A program made the position numbers and the translations under genes. The notes below the pieces were generated by a model. It made no database searches, was not told the DNA's origin, and saw nothing but the letters and a program-made list of their open reading frames with translations. A stretch of 64,000 bases of DNA from Camelus ferus (Eukaryota): positions 112,158,001-112,222,000 of the forward strand of contig NC_045696.1 in assembly GCF_009834535.1 (NCBI RefSeq). Direction: 5' to 3'. Within the stretch, counting starts at the first letter, position 1. The number at the start of each line of letters is the position of its first letter. Positions 13,472 through 25,888 of this stretch are shown in pieces.

Positions 13472-14403
13472 ATTTAAACAAAGACTTGAAAGCGGAATCG
13501 GGGACTCAATCACACCGAAAGGGCGAGGTCAACAATCGTGTTCCTTTTTGGTGCACACACCTTGGTCAATTTTTAAAGCCCTCCTGCTTTATTCAAAGAC
13601 CCTTAAAAATCACTTCTTCTAGATGTGTTTGGTGAATAATTGCAAAATAGATGCTGAATTTCCCCTCGTTCACACCTGGAATAAACAGTAAGTCCTATGA
13701 CCTTTTTCTACTCACTGTCTCACCAACTACAGGGTGTCCACGAGGTCTGGAAACATAGCGGGTGTTATTTCACTTTCCCGCAGACTGAAGGTGCCCTAGA
13801 GGACATCACGCACACTCAGCCACGCGTCCAGACTTTGTGGACACTCTGCACACCGCCTCCTTTCTTCTGACCACTCCACACAGGCATCGAGGGATTGCCT
13901 CCAGGGATTTAGCAGAAGATGGATGGATGATTCTGACATTAAATGATCAAGGACAATGATTCTGCCCTCAGTCAGACAACCTGCAGCTGAAGTGGCAATT
14001 CCACTAGGCTTGACTCTGCCTAATTGTTTGCTGCATCAATTGAAACTTGGTTTTCACTTGCTTCAAGCTCTGTTGATAGCTTCCCCGAAGTAAGAGCTCT
14101 CCTAAAATTCTCTGCCAGGCTTTTGGCCTACTTCCTTCTTGTCCCTTCTCCCCAAGACAGAGCTTCCCCCTAAAGTCTGCCCCGTTTATCACCTGTCTGG
14201 CCAAGTCAGCTACCAAAGACAACAAAACTGAAGGGAGGCAAAGTCTTTCCTTCCTGCTTTGTGGAGTCAGATACTTTAAGAAAAGTAGTCCTTTGCTTTT
14301 AAAGTCATGTTTCGTTTTGGTCAGAAGCACACAGGGATTCACATATCCAGGCTGCTTATAAAATAAAACCAGAGGCATAAGGACTGATAACAACATGCAT
14401 TTC

Positions 14404-14435
14404 TATATATATATATATATATATTTTTTTTTTTT
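14404..14435. repeat. (TA)n microsatellite followed by poly-T
   Basis: Read directly from the sequence. Confidence 0.95.
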
Positions 14436-15647
14436 GTACAAAAGGGAGCTTGATAGTGGTGGCTCATTCCTTGTATACTGAAAATGGACTTGAAATTTTA
14501 AAGAAAACAGGGCTCAGGATGGAAGGAGGGTTAAATCCAGAACTCAGGTAATTGAAAGATTAAACTGTTGTCTCATAGAGATGAATGCAACTCGCCAGGG
14601 GACCCCCCCAAAGGGAGAGTAATCCCCAGAGCAGTGCAATGAAATACAGCAGGACGGCGAAGGCTCCCCTTCCCTTCCATTGGCCCTTCAGAACCCTCTG
14701 GAGTCAGTGGGGAATTGGGACTGAGGAGGGTGGCCCCACCCCTCCCTCTTCTTCAGAGGAAGGAAAGTGGCAGCTGGTCTCTGCATTTAATGTCAGTGGC
14801 CTTGGCCCTGAGCATCCGCTCTCACTTTACACATCTGTTAGCGATGCTTAGTAGGCCTTCTTTTCCATGTGCCCGTGCAGGGCCTTTCAACCCACTCAGG
14901 ACCTCCACGTGCCTGAAGCTCACGGTCATCTGCACAGTGTGGCTCCTGTTAGTTTATTTCTGAGCAATTGTCTCCATCACAGCACAGAAACTGTGGCCAG
15001 AGTTATGTGAGATTCAAGCAGTGTAATGTGGAAACTGCTGAGGACAAAGTTCTTTTCCAGAAAAGGAACAGGTTGCCAAGCATTGCAGTTATATGTTATG
15101 AGTTGGACCCAGTCCTCAGACCTTCTCTGGGAGCGCAGTGGTTTGGAGCCTGGGAATGCAATACGGTTGACTCATCGAGCCCGGCCGTTGTGACTGTGCG
15201 GGAGTGGGGACAGGCATCCCTGTTCAGTCGTGGGTGTACATGTCAAAACCAGAACGTCCTTTCTTTGGAAAGTCTCTCGTATTAGGCAGAGGGTGTGAGG
15301 CTTGTTTTGGGAGGGTAAGGTGATGGAAACAGATCCCGGGAGACTCCTCCTTTAGGATGTTTCAAAACAGTTTCGTATTTTCACATGACGTGAGTTCCAC
15401 CTCTGTTAAGCAACCCTTGAATTGTTATGAAGTAAAGGACATAGAACTTTCAAATGAAAGTTTCATTGCTATTACAGCCTCAGGCAGCCTGATACTTAAA
15501 TATTTATCATACGGAAAAAGTAAGGGCACCGATACTCAGACCTCCCTGCTGTGTCAGGCAGTAACTGTTGAGCGGTGATTCGGGGAAGGGCTGGTGAGGA
15601 GTTCTGGTGGCACAACCCAGGTGACCCTTGTGGTGGGGGGCTCAGGA

Positions 15648-15866
15648 CAGTGGACCCTAGAACAACACAGGTTTGAATTGCGTGGGTCCACTTATATGTG
15701 GATGTTTTTCAATAGTACATATTACAGTCCTACGTGATCTGCAGTTGGCTGAATCTACAGATGTGGAACAGTGGATATGGAGGAATGACCGTGAGTTATA
15801 AGCAGATTTTCAACTGCCCTGGTTTGGGCCCCCTAAGCCCCACCCCCACTGTTCAGTCATCAACTG
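15648..15866 (+). mobile_element. Tigger2-derived MITE (Tigger2a-like)
   Basis: cagtggaccctagaacaacacaggtttgaattgcgtgggtccacttata ... gttcagtcatcaactg followed by TA. Confidence 0.85.
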
Positions 15867-16719
15867 TATTTCAGTATTTTAATAACCGGTATAGTTGTAT
15901 TGGTGCAAACTGCTGAATATCAGCCTTTCTTTCATGGATAAAACTAAATGAATGAATAGATGAATGACTTGTCCTCTTACAAATAACCAGGCTGTCCTGA
16001 GTTCTCCAGAAATCCACAGGAGCTTCTAAGGATGCATTCAGTCTTTTCCTAGGAAGTCTCCTATGGATAAGAGGTTGCTGAAGAACCCAACAGGCTGGCA
16101 GCTGCCTTTTGGCCGTATGTCAAAGTAACTGGAGAGGGTAAAGGATTCCAGACAAAGCCATCCATAATTGACGGCAGGTAATTCAGTACATTTATTCCCC
16201 AGCTGCCTTTCTGCAAAGGTGGCAAAGAGAACGCCTGTTTCTCTTCACCCATTCAATTTAGACACTAGCCCACCTCCAAATAGTGCTATACATTCCAGTC
16301 ACGAAAAACAGTGTGACAGTAGCCGGGGGGCCCTCAGACCAGAGCATGCCCATGGTAAACACAGCCTCTAGCTTCCAGCTCCAGCTCCCCCAGGGCATGC
16401 TTGCTGGAAAAAAGGGCCGATACCCCAGGTTGGGTGGCTTTGGAAATTATGGGTTATATCATCCATGTACCAATGTAGCACATGGGCCCGGGAAAACCTT
16501 TCTGTTTTGGTACTTTGCTTAATTTCTGTGCGTGTGTATGTGTGCTCAGTAATGGTGATTCCATTCTAAAGCCAATGATTCGATGAAAGATACAGTGTTA
16601 ATTACAGTAGAGTTAAGTATAGCATCCTTAGTTGTAGTTGGAGGTAACTTACAATTTTCAGATCTAATTTTCTTGAGCTTTCAATGAGTATCTCTAGGTA
16701 AACTCAGTTCGATTAAAAT

Positions 16720-17230
16720 CATTCACTTATTTATTCAACAGATATTTATTGAGCATGCATGCTGCACCATCTACTCTTCTAGGCTCTGGGGATGGAGAAG
16801 GGAAGAGAGCAAACAAGAAATCTGTACTCGTGGAAGTTACAGCATAGGGAAAAGATCAGATAAATAAATAGCCAAGTAAACAAGCAAATATTCATCTTAC
16901 AGTTTCAGGAAATAGTAAGTATCCTACAGAAAAATGAAGCAGGATAAGTGGTGGGCGGGTGGTCAGGGAAGGCCTTTGCAAGGAGATGACCTCAGAACAC
17001 GTGTGAGGGGAGAGACCTGCAGATGTGTGACAGATGACCACTCCAGGCAGAGAGGACAATCAAAGCAGAAGCCTTGAGGTGGGAATGATCCTGCCATGTT
17101 CAAGGCTCTTCAGGAGGCCCAGGCTCTGGAGTGGACTGAACAAGGGTCCAAGTGGAGGAGGTGAGGTTAACAGTACTCTTGCTAAAGCCCCTCCAGTCTC
17201 AGCCTTCCAGCAGGTGGAGGGAACTTTTCA
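16720..17230 (-). mobile_element. L2 3' region
   Basis: attcaacagatatttattgagc...ctaggctctgggga...gtcagggaaggcct...ccaggcagagaggac...gccttgaggtgggaatg. Confidence 0.8.
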
Positions 17231-17544
17231 AATCCACGCTGTGTAAGTTGTCTCTGAAGAACTGAATGCTTCCTAAAATAGCCACAATGCTGGTGACTGC
17301 ATGCTGAATCGGACAGTCATGTTCCAAAAAAAATCTTTATTATTGTTGGTACACAGAATGGTTTCCCACGTGATTCTATAGTAAACATGTTCCAATTTTT
17401 TCTTTCTTGGTGAAGGATGGTAGGGGCAGGATGGTGGTTCAGTGGTTGACAGAGCTAGACTAGAGCGAAATACACAATAGGACAAAATGTGCATTTCTTT
17501 CTTTTTTTTTTAATGAATGGTAAACACCATCTACATAGCATTTT

Positions 17545-17721
17545 ATTTTTTAAATTTAAAACAAATTTTATCTTTTTATTTATTTATTTATATTCGTGGG
17601 GAAGTAATTAGATTTGCTTGTTTGTTTATTTATTTATTTATTTATAATGGAGGTACTGGGGATTGAACCCAGGACCTTGTGCTTGCTAGGCATGTACTCT
17701 ACCACTGAGCTATACCCTCCC
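17545..17721 (-). mobile_element. Camelid tRNA-derived SINE (Vic-1-type), long tail
   Basis: Reverse complement gggagggtatagctcagtggtagagtacatgcctagcaagcacaaggtcctgggttcaatccccagtacctcc, then (AAAT)n, ctaattacttcccc and an A-rich tail. Confidence 0.9.
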
Positions 17722-19074
17722 TGCCAAAATGGACATTCCTAATTCCTGCCTTTTTTGATTTAGCACAAGGCCCCAGAGCTCCCTCTTTTCACACATTCTG
17801 CTATTCAGTGATACCTCATCCCAATGCACTGGGATCTATCTGATGGAGATTATCTAGCACAATGTAGTTTCCCTGAAGACAGGGGTTTGTTCGCAGCTTC
17901 CGTGGGGGTTTGCAACTACCTGGGCACTCTCTGCCACTTCCTTCCATCTACTTCCTTGTCATTTCCATGTCCTCTCTTCAGCCTCACAGAGCAGGACATC
18001 ACAGGGCCCTCAACATCTCTCAATCACACACTCTCATCCCCAACATAATGTGCAATGGTCCATTCCCTGGGAACCCCCGTCCTCCCAGTACTGCTCAGCC
18101 CCTTAATACCCAGGTAATGGCACTAAACCTAGGAACAGTTCAGAAGTGATCAGAGAGGGGGCCATGCTTGTCCATGTGGTTCCTGTGGCTGAGGATTTGT
18201 TCTAAAGATCTGAAATGGATGGGAATGTCACAGCCCCTCCTTCTCAAAGCTGCGATATTTACAAGCACTTAACATCAGAAGAGGACTGGGCCAGGCACTA
18301 GTGTTACAGAGAAGTCGAACGGCTGGTTCTTTCCTGCAAGATGTTTAAAATCTACTGAGGAAAATGGTAATAATAAGATACCATTAAACTAAATTCTAAA
18401 TGTAGTGTATGTAAGGCACATTACTAGCATGTTACTACACACACCAACAAAATGTCTTTATTTGGACGCTTCACACTGTGTACTGTGCTTTCCTTTGGTC
18501 CATTTCCTGGTCGTATAGGTGCCGAAATATCAGTTCAAGAAAAGAGTACAGCGGAGAACATATAGATAAGGCCTTCAGGGGCAGAAGCTTGGAATTTACT
18601 TGCCTGCTTTTGCAGAAAGTAAACATGTGGGATTTGGGTTATCTGTTCTCCAGCAGGGCCCCCACTCAGGAAGTAAACTCTCCGTGGCCTTTCAGTTGAC
18701 AGCCAGAAGATGGGGTGAATGCTGTCAGCAGTTATGCTGGAGCAGAAACCTTAAGAGGCAACTGTACCGATGAACCCAGCGGAGCCAAGAGAAGGTAATG
18801 AAGTGCCAGACCTGGCCTGATGTGGGAAAGGCAGGAGATGGCAGCAGAGCAGAGACACACCCGCACGCTGGCTCGGCAAGTCAGCCGCACGCTGGGTTGC
18901 TTTTGCAAAGTTTTCCAGCTCATCAGCAGGGCCCTGTAATTAACTGCAACTAACAATTATTTTTATCAGGGAGTTCTTTTTAAAAAATCCACGTCTTTGC
19001 TTCCTACGCATTTTGAATGCCCTTCTCGCATACCATTCACCACTTGGCGATGTGTGTGTTGTCAGGTAAAATGG

Positions 19075-19287
19075 AGCGATAACTGCTGCTTACTGAGCAT
19101 TTAGTATGTGCCGGGCACAGAAGCGGTCTATACGCACCTGCTCACTTAATCCATCCCAATAACCTACTCAGTATGTTTCTTCTGACACCGTTTCCATATT
19201 ACAGATGAGGAAACATAGGCACAGAGAGTCAGCCAGCCAGCAAGGGTGTAGGCTGGACCTCAGAGCCTGGTTCCTCACTATTCAGTA
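19075..19287 (-). mobile_element. MIR
   Basis: ttactgagcatttagtatgtgccgggcac...cacttaatcc...ttacagatgaggaaacataggcacagagag. Confidence 0.8.
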
Positions 19288-19419
19288 TGGAATCTTTCTC
19301 CATTCCTAAAGAATCCCACAAGATGTGTATGTCTTCAAATCCTCCACAATATACTGATTTGAAGAAAGAAGGTGACCAACAAATAATGTTTGCTGGAATT
19401 GAATCAAGCCATGTTGGAT

Positions 19420-19770
19420 ATCTTTCTTTTTGTTTCCTTTTAAATTCTTTGTCAAAGTAATATACATCATTAAGAAAAAAATGACAAAAGAAACATAATT
19501 ATTAAACACTACTACCCCTCCCCCACCCATCACATTCCCTGAACTCCCACCTCTTTCCCTTAAAACTCCTTTACCAATTATTTTGATCTCCAGATTGCCA
19601 AATTTCTTATACTGATATTCCTTAGTGCATTAATTTTATACTTTGCATATAGGTATCCTTTATAGGAATGAGGATCTAGCTTTTACACCATTCTCCTTCT
19701 CACCCCATTTAAAAATATATTTCTAATGATATACCATGAGTATTTATAATTTCTAACAAAATTTTTGTTA
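19420..19770 (-). mobile_element. Old L1M/HAL1-like fragment (left part, interrupted by a young L1)
   Basis: T-rich, old L1 3'-type composition; similar sequence resumes after the young L1 at 20740. Confidence 0.5.
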
Positions 19771-20738
19771 AATCAACGATCAATNNNNNNNNNNNNNNNN
19801 NNNNNNNNNNNNNNNNNNNNNNNNNNNNNNNNNNNNNNNNNNNNNNNNNNNNNNNNNNNNNNNNNNNNNNNNNNNNNNNNNNNNNNNNNNNNNNNNNNNN
19901 NNNNNNNNNNNNNNNNNNNNNNNNNNNNNNNNNNNNNNNNTGGTCAGAATGGCCATTGTTAAAAAAGTCCACAAATGATAAATGCTGGAGAGGGTATGGA
20001 GAAAAGGGAATCCTCCTGCATTGCTGGTGGGTATGTAAATTTGGTGCAGCCATTATAGAAAAACAGTATGGAGAGTCCTTAAAAAAACTAAAAATGAGTT
20101 ACCTTATGATCCAGCAATCCCACTCCTGGGCATATATCTGGAGAAAACCCTAATTCTAAAAGAAGCATGCACCCCAATGTTCATAGCAACACTATTTACA
20201 ATAGCCAAGACATGGAAGCAAACTAAATGTCCATCAGCAGATTAGATAAAGAAGATGTGGCTTGTATATACAATGGAATACTACTGAGACATAAAAAGAA
20301 TAAAATAATGCCATTTGCAGCAACATAGATGAATCTAGAGATTTTAATAGTAAGTGAAATAAGTCAGACAAAGACAAATATCATATCACTTATATGTAGA
20401 ATCTAAAATATGACATAGATGAACTTGTTTGCGAAACAGAAACAGATTCACAGACTTAGAACACAAACTTGTGGTTACCAAAGGGGAAAGAGGAGAGAGG
20501 GATAAATTAGGAGCTTGGGATTAGCAGATACAAACTACTATAGATAAAACAGATAAACAACAAGTTTATACTGTGTAGCACAGGGAACTATATTCAATAG
20601 CTTGTAATAACCCATAATGAAAAATAATCTGAAAAAGAATAGATACATAAGTATATATGACTGAATCACTATGCTATAAACCAGAAAGTAACACAACGTT
20701 GTAAATCAACTACACCTCAATAAAAAAATACAAAAAAA
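19770..20738 (+). mobile_element. 5'-truncated young L1 (ORF2 C-terminus plus 3' UTR), N gap near its 5' end
   Basis: Translation [26 protein letters not shown] is the L1 ORF2 Cys-rich region, followed by the 3' UTR and A-rich tail; ORF disrupted. Confidence 0.92.
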
Positions 20739-20739
20739 T

Positions 20740-21810
20740 TCGATGTTTTAAGTACTATCATTTACTGCAGAGCCAAGTAGTGTACTATAATTATTTCTCA
20801 TTTCTTGTACAAATGACCTCACAATTGCTTCTGTTATTAAATTGGCTTGGTTTTCTATATATTTATTCTTAAGTTTTCCTTCAACTGCTCCATTATAAGT
20901 ATTACTTTCCAAAGGTCAAATACACCAGATAAGATATCAATTCCTCTCCACCCCCTCTTGGAGAACTCCATCCAGAGCTCTTCATTCTCTTGCTTTATCC
21001 TGAACTCCTTTCTCTCTAGAGTAATGGCACAGTTTGTCACCTGGGACTTTACCTTTCCCATCATCTGGATATTCTTTACATTTCTGATTTCCTGTATTGG
21101 ATTTTATGTTTCATGTATCCTTTCTATTTCAGAATTAATTGCCTCATTTGGTGAAAGTCAAACTTAGCAGATCATAATAAGAAAGCATGCAGGGAAGAGA
21201 AATGTTCTGAGGCCCTACATATCTGAAGATGCTTTAGCCTGTGCTCACACTGGATTAGTATTGACAAGTGTAGAATTCTAGGTTGAAAACCTTTTCCTCT
21301 CAGAATTACAAAAATACTGCCTTTATGTTTCTCTCTCTTCTAACTGTGGCTACTAAAAAGTCTAATGTCTTTTTGATTCCAATACTTTGAGGATGACTCT
21401 GTCCCCCTCTTTTTGGAATGCTTTCTGAGTCTTTACCTGTTATTTCGAAAATATCCCAGTAGTGTTCCTCAGTGTGGATCTTTTTATTTACTGATTTTTT
21501 AAATCACTATGCCTAGGCATTTGTTGTGCCCTTTCAGTCTGGAACTTAATGTCCTTCAAATCTTGAAAATTTTCCTTTATTTTGTATTTTATATTTTAAA
21601 AATGTCCCCCCATCCATTTTGTCTTTTCTCTCTTTCTGGAATTATTCATAGTTAAATGTTAAACCTTCTGTGTTGATCTAAATCTTTTTTCCCCCTGTCT
21701 TTCACTTTACAATCCCTTTGTCCTTTTATTCTACATTTTGGGACAGTTTCTTGATACTGTCACTTAGTTGCCTACTATATATGTTTATTTCTATAAAGAG
21801 ATGTTAATTG
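20740..21810 (-). mobile_element. Old L1ME/HAL1-like remnant
   Basis: Motifs gtgtagaattctaggttgaaaaccttttcctctcagaatt and gtgtggatctttttattt...gccctttcagtctggaac are typical of ancient L1M/HAL1 read in reverse. Confidence 0.65.
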
Positions 21811-22559
21811 TGACTTTCCAGATTGTCTCAGAGTATTAGGAGGGGCTCCAGGGGCTGACAAGATAGTTATAGATCTATACTAAGGCGATACTGAAGGCAG
21901 ATGAAACCACAAATGTAACTAGTCTGTTGAAAAAAAAAGTTGGACTTGTAAGGCTGAAATCAGGAAATCATTTTTTAAATACCATAGTCTGTCAGCCATA
22001 TTATTTTGAATATTTTCTTCCTGCCCTTGAAAGAAACTTGGGCCACTTCCAGGTTTTAAAAATAGTTTCAATTAGACAATTGTCTCAATAGACAATTGGG
22101 GACATCTTGCTTGTCTAGGGGTCCCTTTCAGGATGATGCAATTTCTGTTCCCTTCCATAGTTTCCATATGTGACCCATGGGAAGCACAAAGATTTGTTCA
22201 ACCACCAGCAGGATGCAGTGGGTTCTCACCGCAGCCCTTTCTCCTTGCTCTTCTGCTGGGGCAGTTAGGTACCAATCATCTGTCCCCCTGAATTTTATGG
22301 AAGCATATGGCAACATCCTTGAGTATTTCTTAAAAAGTGAATTTCCTTTCCCCAGAGGAAAATGAGCAACAAAGAACACACTGGTACCTCTCTCTAAAGA
22401 AGTTCTCACTACTGCCCTCCCTCCATGAATCTCACCTCCTCTCATATGTGCTTAAGATGGGTGAAGGTAAGGGAGGTTCTCTTGTGTGAACTAAGTAGGT
22501 GATGTGGAATCCGTTCATCTTGGATCTGGTTAAAACTGAGACCGCGAGAAAATTTGCAT

Positions 22560-22860
22560 TTAACGTCTTGTTTCATTTTGGCAATTTTATTTTTATTTCC
22601 AAGAGTTCTTTTTTGTTTCTTCTTTTCAGTTTCCTGCTCTTTATTAGTGTACAATGTCTTCAAATTTATCTGAGACCACAAATGAGTAATTTTAATTATT
22701 TTCTTCCATTTCCTTTACTATTTGTTTTCTTTAGGTTCCTCTTTTGTTTATTTACCTTTGTTTATTATTTTACATTGGAAACATTCCTCATATGCTTTAT
22801 AATTCTTGATAGTTTGCTGTCATATAAGAGTTAGAGACTAGTGTTGATGATGTTTTAGAA
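22560..22860 (-). mobile_element. HAL1/L1ME-like remnant
   Basis: ttttatttccaagagttctttttt...tctgagacc...attcctcatatgc; parallels the segment at 46.5-47.3 kb. Confidence 0.5.
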
Positions 22861-23384
22861 GGGAGATAAACTTATGGTTAAATTTATCACATTTAACTGA
22901 AAGTTGTCTTGGGCTTCGGGATCATAAATTAACTTTAATTTTTCCATCTTATCACCACATTAATCCATTTTAGGGTCATGGCTTGTGTTTTTTCTGCATT
23001 CATCTTCTTAGTGGAGGCCTGGAAGTCCAGCATCAAAATGTATGGTGACCCTTCATTATCCAGGATAGTGGGTTTTCTGAAAATCTTCCAAACTAGAGCC
23101 TTCCAATTATGGGCAAAATATTTTATTTCAAAATGCATGAAATACGATATATCAGCCAAAGTTATGGCATCTACTTTCCCATTCCACACATACACACATA
23201 GCCATGGTTCTTATTGGTGGGGAGTGATCTTAAATAAGTTGCAAAAAAACCAACTTGGATATTTAAATTGAGTTGTTGACTATTATAGTTTACAGTCAAT
23301 CCTAGACTACTTTTGTTGAACTTGAATGTGAGGACAAACAAATTCATCTGTTGGCTAAAAGAGGCACATTTTCAGAGTTACATC

Positions 23385-23800
23385 CTGGTAGACGGTTTTC
23401 AAAGCTGGCCACAGCAGTCCCGTTCCCATCCCATGTGTCCTCTGCAGTCTGACTGGGCCATCCTTCCCACTGTGAGTCTACTCCCCTCACCTTGAATCCA
23501 GGCTGGCCCTGTGACTTCCTCTGATGAACAGAATATGGTGACAGTGATACTGCGTAGAGGTCGAGAACGTCAGAAACCACATGTCCAGCCCACAGGCAGA
23601 ACCAAGGCTTACACATGGAAGCGAGGCCCTCCTGGGTTCTCTAATCTCAGCAACATGCAGACATGTGCACCTGAGGCAGAGACAAGCTGTCCCTGCTCAG
23701 TCCTGCCTGAATTTCTGACCCAAGAATCTTAAGCAATAAAATGGTTCGTGTTTTAAGTCACTGCGTTTTGGGGTGGTTTTGCATCACTGGATAATTGCGA
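23385..23800 (+). mobile_element. MLT1H-like MaLR solo LTR
   Basis: ttttcaaagctggccacagc...cccatcccatgtgtcctctgcag...ccttgaatccaggctggccctgtgacttcctctgatgaacagaatatgg...gttttaagtcactgcgttttgggg. Confidence 0.8.
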
Positions 23801-24140
23801 CTAGCTCACTTTAGAAGAACTGTCCAGAACAGGGATTCATTACTCATGCAGCCTTTCAGGTGTCTGTACTTATGTGCACTGGTCACGGGATGGAAATGAC
23901 AGCTTTTGTCTGATTCTTAAAAAAAGACTGTCTATCAAATGACTAAGAACCATTGATTTATGGTTCAAAGTTAAACACACTATCAACAGAGCTTTTAGTT
24001 TTTGTTTATAAAAGTCATGCATGCTTGTATTATTATAAAAATAAGATCAGAAAATTAAGTCAAAGATGGTCCCAAAGGCGTGGTAAAAAGTTTGATGTGT
24101 CCCTCCCAGAGCACGTGACTGTTAAGAATCTACCTGGAGA

Positions 24141-24295
24141 GGGGAGGGTATGGCTCACGCGGTAGTGTGCATGCTCAGCACGCACGAGGTCCTGGGCTCA
24201 AGTCCCCAGGACCTCTACTGAAAAATAAATAAATAGATAAACCTAATTACCCTCCCCCCAAAAAAACCCAAACAGTTTTTAAAAATTAAAAAAAA
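24141..24295 (+). mobile_element. Camelid tRNA-derived SINE (Vic-1-type), long tail, with TSD
   Basis: ggggagggtatggctcacgcggtagtgtgcatgctcagcacgcacgaggtcctgggctcaag...cctaattaccctcccccc; TSD tctacctggaga / tctatctggaga. Confidence 0.9.
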
Positions 24296-24389
24296 GTCTA
24301 TCTGGAGAAATTAAAATGATATATGTATATTTGTATATAAATGAATGACTTTGCTCAGTAAAAAATCAGACCTCTGAAATATATACTGT

Positions 24390-25170
24390 AAATATCTTAT
24401 CCTAGTTTGTTGTTTGTCCTTTGACTTTTGATGAGAGCCTAGTTTTGTTTTGCAGTCAGATATATCAGTATCTTACCCTACAGTTCCTGCCTTTCATGTC
24501 TCTCCTAGAAAGATCCTCCCTTCTTTAGCATAAAATACACCCAGAATTTCTTTTACAACTTTGGGGTATCAACTTTTTTCCCCATTACAATCATTTATCC
24601 CTCTAGGGGTTATCTGAATTTTCTTTTTTGGTGGAAGAAGTGAAGTAGGAAGCTTGCTTTATTTTCTCCCCTGACATTTATTAAACAGTCCACCTTTCCG
24701 CTGTTCACTGGAAGGCCACCTCATCTGCTGACTTTCCCTGTGTCCTTGGGACGACCTCCAGAAGAGATGCTGCTGCACTCAACTTGCTACCCCTCCACCA
24801 GTAACTCACTGTTTTGACCACTGTTGCTTATAATGCATTTTATTATATGGAAAGGAGGTCTTCTCTTACCTCTTTTTGCAAACTTTTCCCCCCTTATTGT
24901 CATCTTTTAATTTTTCCAGATAAACTTAAGAGTCATTGCACCAAGTTAACATCCATCCTCCAAATATCTTTTTTTTTCAGTTTGGAAGTCATCTCATTGA
25001 ACCCATAGCTCATTCTGGGGAGACATTACAAATGTGTAGCACTGAGCTCTCCTACCCAAGAATGAGGTATCTCTGCAGTTATTCAAGAACCACAGTGGAT
25101 GATGCCAGAATTTAAATTTTTTTTAATCTGTCTCTGTTAAGTTCATCTCTAGATATTTTAACTTTTTTGG
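24390..25170 (-). mobile_element. Ancient L1M ORF2 remnant
   Basis: gttgtttgtcctttgactttt...cagtcagatatatcag...catttattaaacagtccacc...ctcctacccaagaatgaggtatctct follows old L1 ORF2 in reverse. Confidence 0.65.
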
Positions 25171-25849
25171 TCAAACAAACAAAAAAGGCAGTATACAATA
25201 CACGTATTCAGTTACCTCTGGCTTGGAAGGAGCAGACCCATTATTGTTTTGTATCCATCAACACCCACGGCTTTCCCCTATATGTTTCAAAGTCCTTTAG
25301 TCAAGTTCTCAAAGTCTCAGCGTGACACATGTCACTTCAGACATGGCATCTGTCCCGTTTAGCTCAGGGATAATTGTTTCTCAATTCATCCCAGGCTCAC
25401 TGTGCCCAGCAAGGGAAGGTCTGCTGGTTAAGTTGAGGCCAACTTCCACAAAGACAACCACACTTAGAAAAACAATGCTCCCAGAGAGAAACCCGAAGCT
25501 CCTTTGATGGGCTTATACAATAGCTTATAATTTGAAGGAGGATATAGAGAAAAATACTTTAAAATATCAATGTTGGTGGATACCTCCAAATTTCCCAGGT
25601 ACAAGCCTCTGTTCTGTAAATCAAAGCATTTTGAAGGGATTAAGTGATAAACGTTGAGGCTTTACCTGGGATCTTACTATATGTTCCAAGATTGAAAGAA
25701 GAAATAGTTGGATGAGTTCACTGGGAAAGAAGCCAAATCACATCTTTGGTTTAAAAAAATATATGTAAATTCGAGGTTTCAGAAAAGGCCTCTTTAGCAC
25801 TTTTTTCAGAGACGTCAACATCAGCAATTCTGCCTGTGTTCCCACATAG

Positions 25850-25888
25850 ATGGACGCCTGGATTCTATGCAGTACTTTGGTGCTGGAA
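25850..25888 (+). other. Candidate 39-nt internal exon, host transcript unknown
   Basis: Acceptor ctgcctgtgttcccacatAG, donor AA|GTAAGA; open in all three frames (e.g. DGRLDSMQYFGAG). No protein recognised. Confidence 0.25.

Noticed and set aside
19956-20153. Functional L1 ORF2 or other coding ORF (also 12459-12653 and 43907-44225)
   Set aside because: 5'-truncated, frameshifted C-terminal fragments only.
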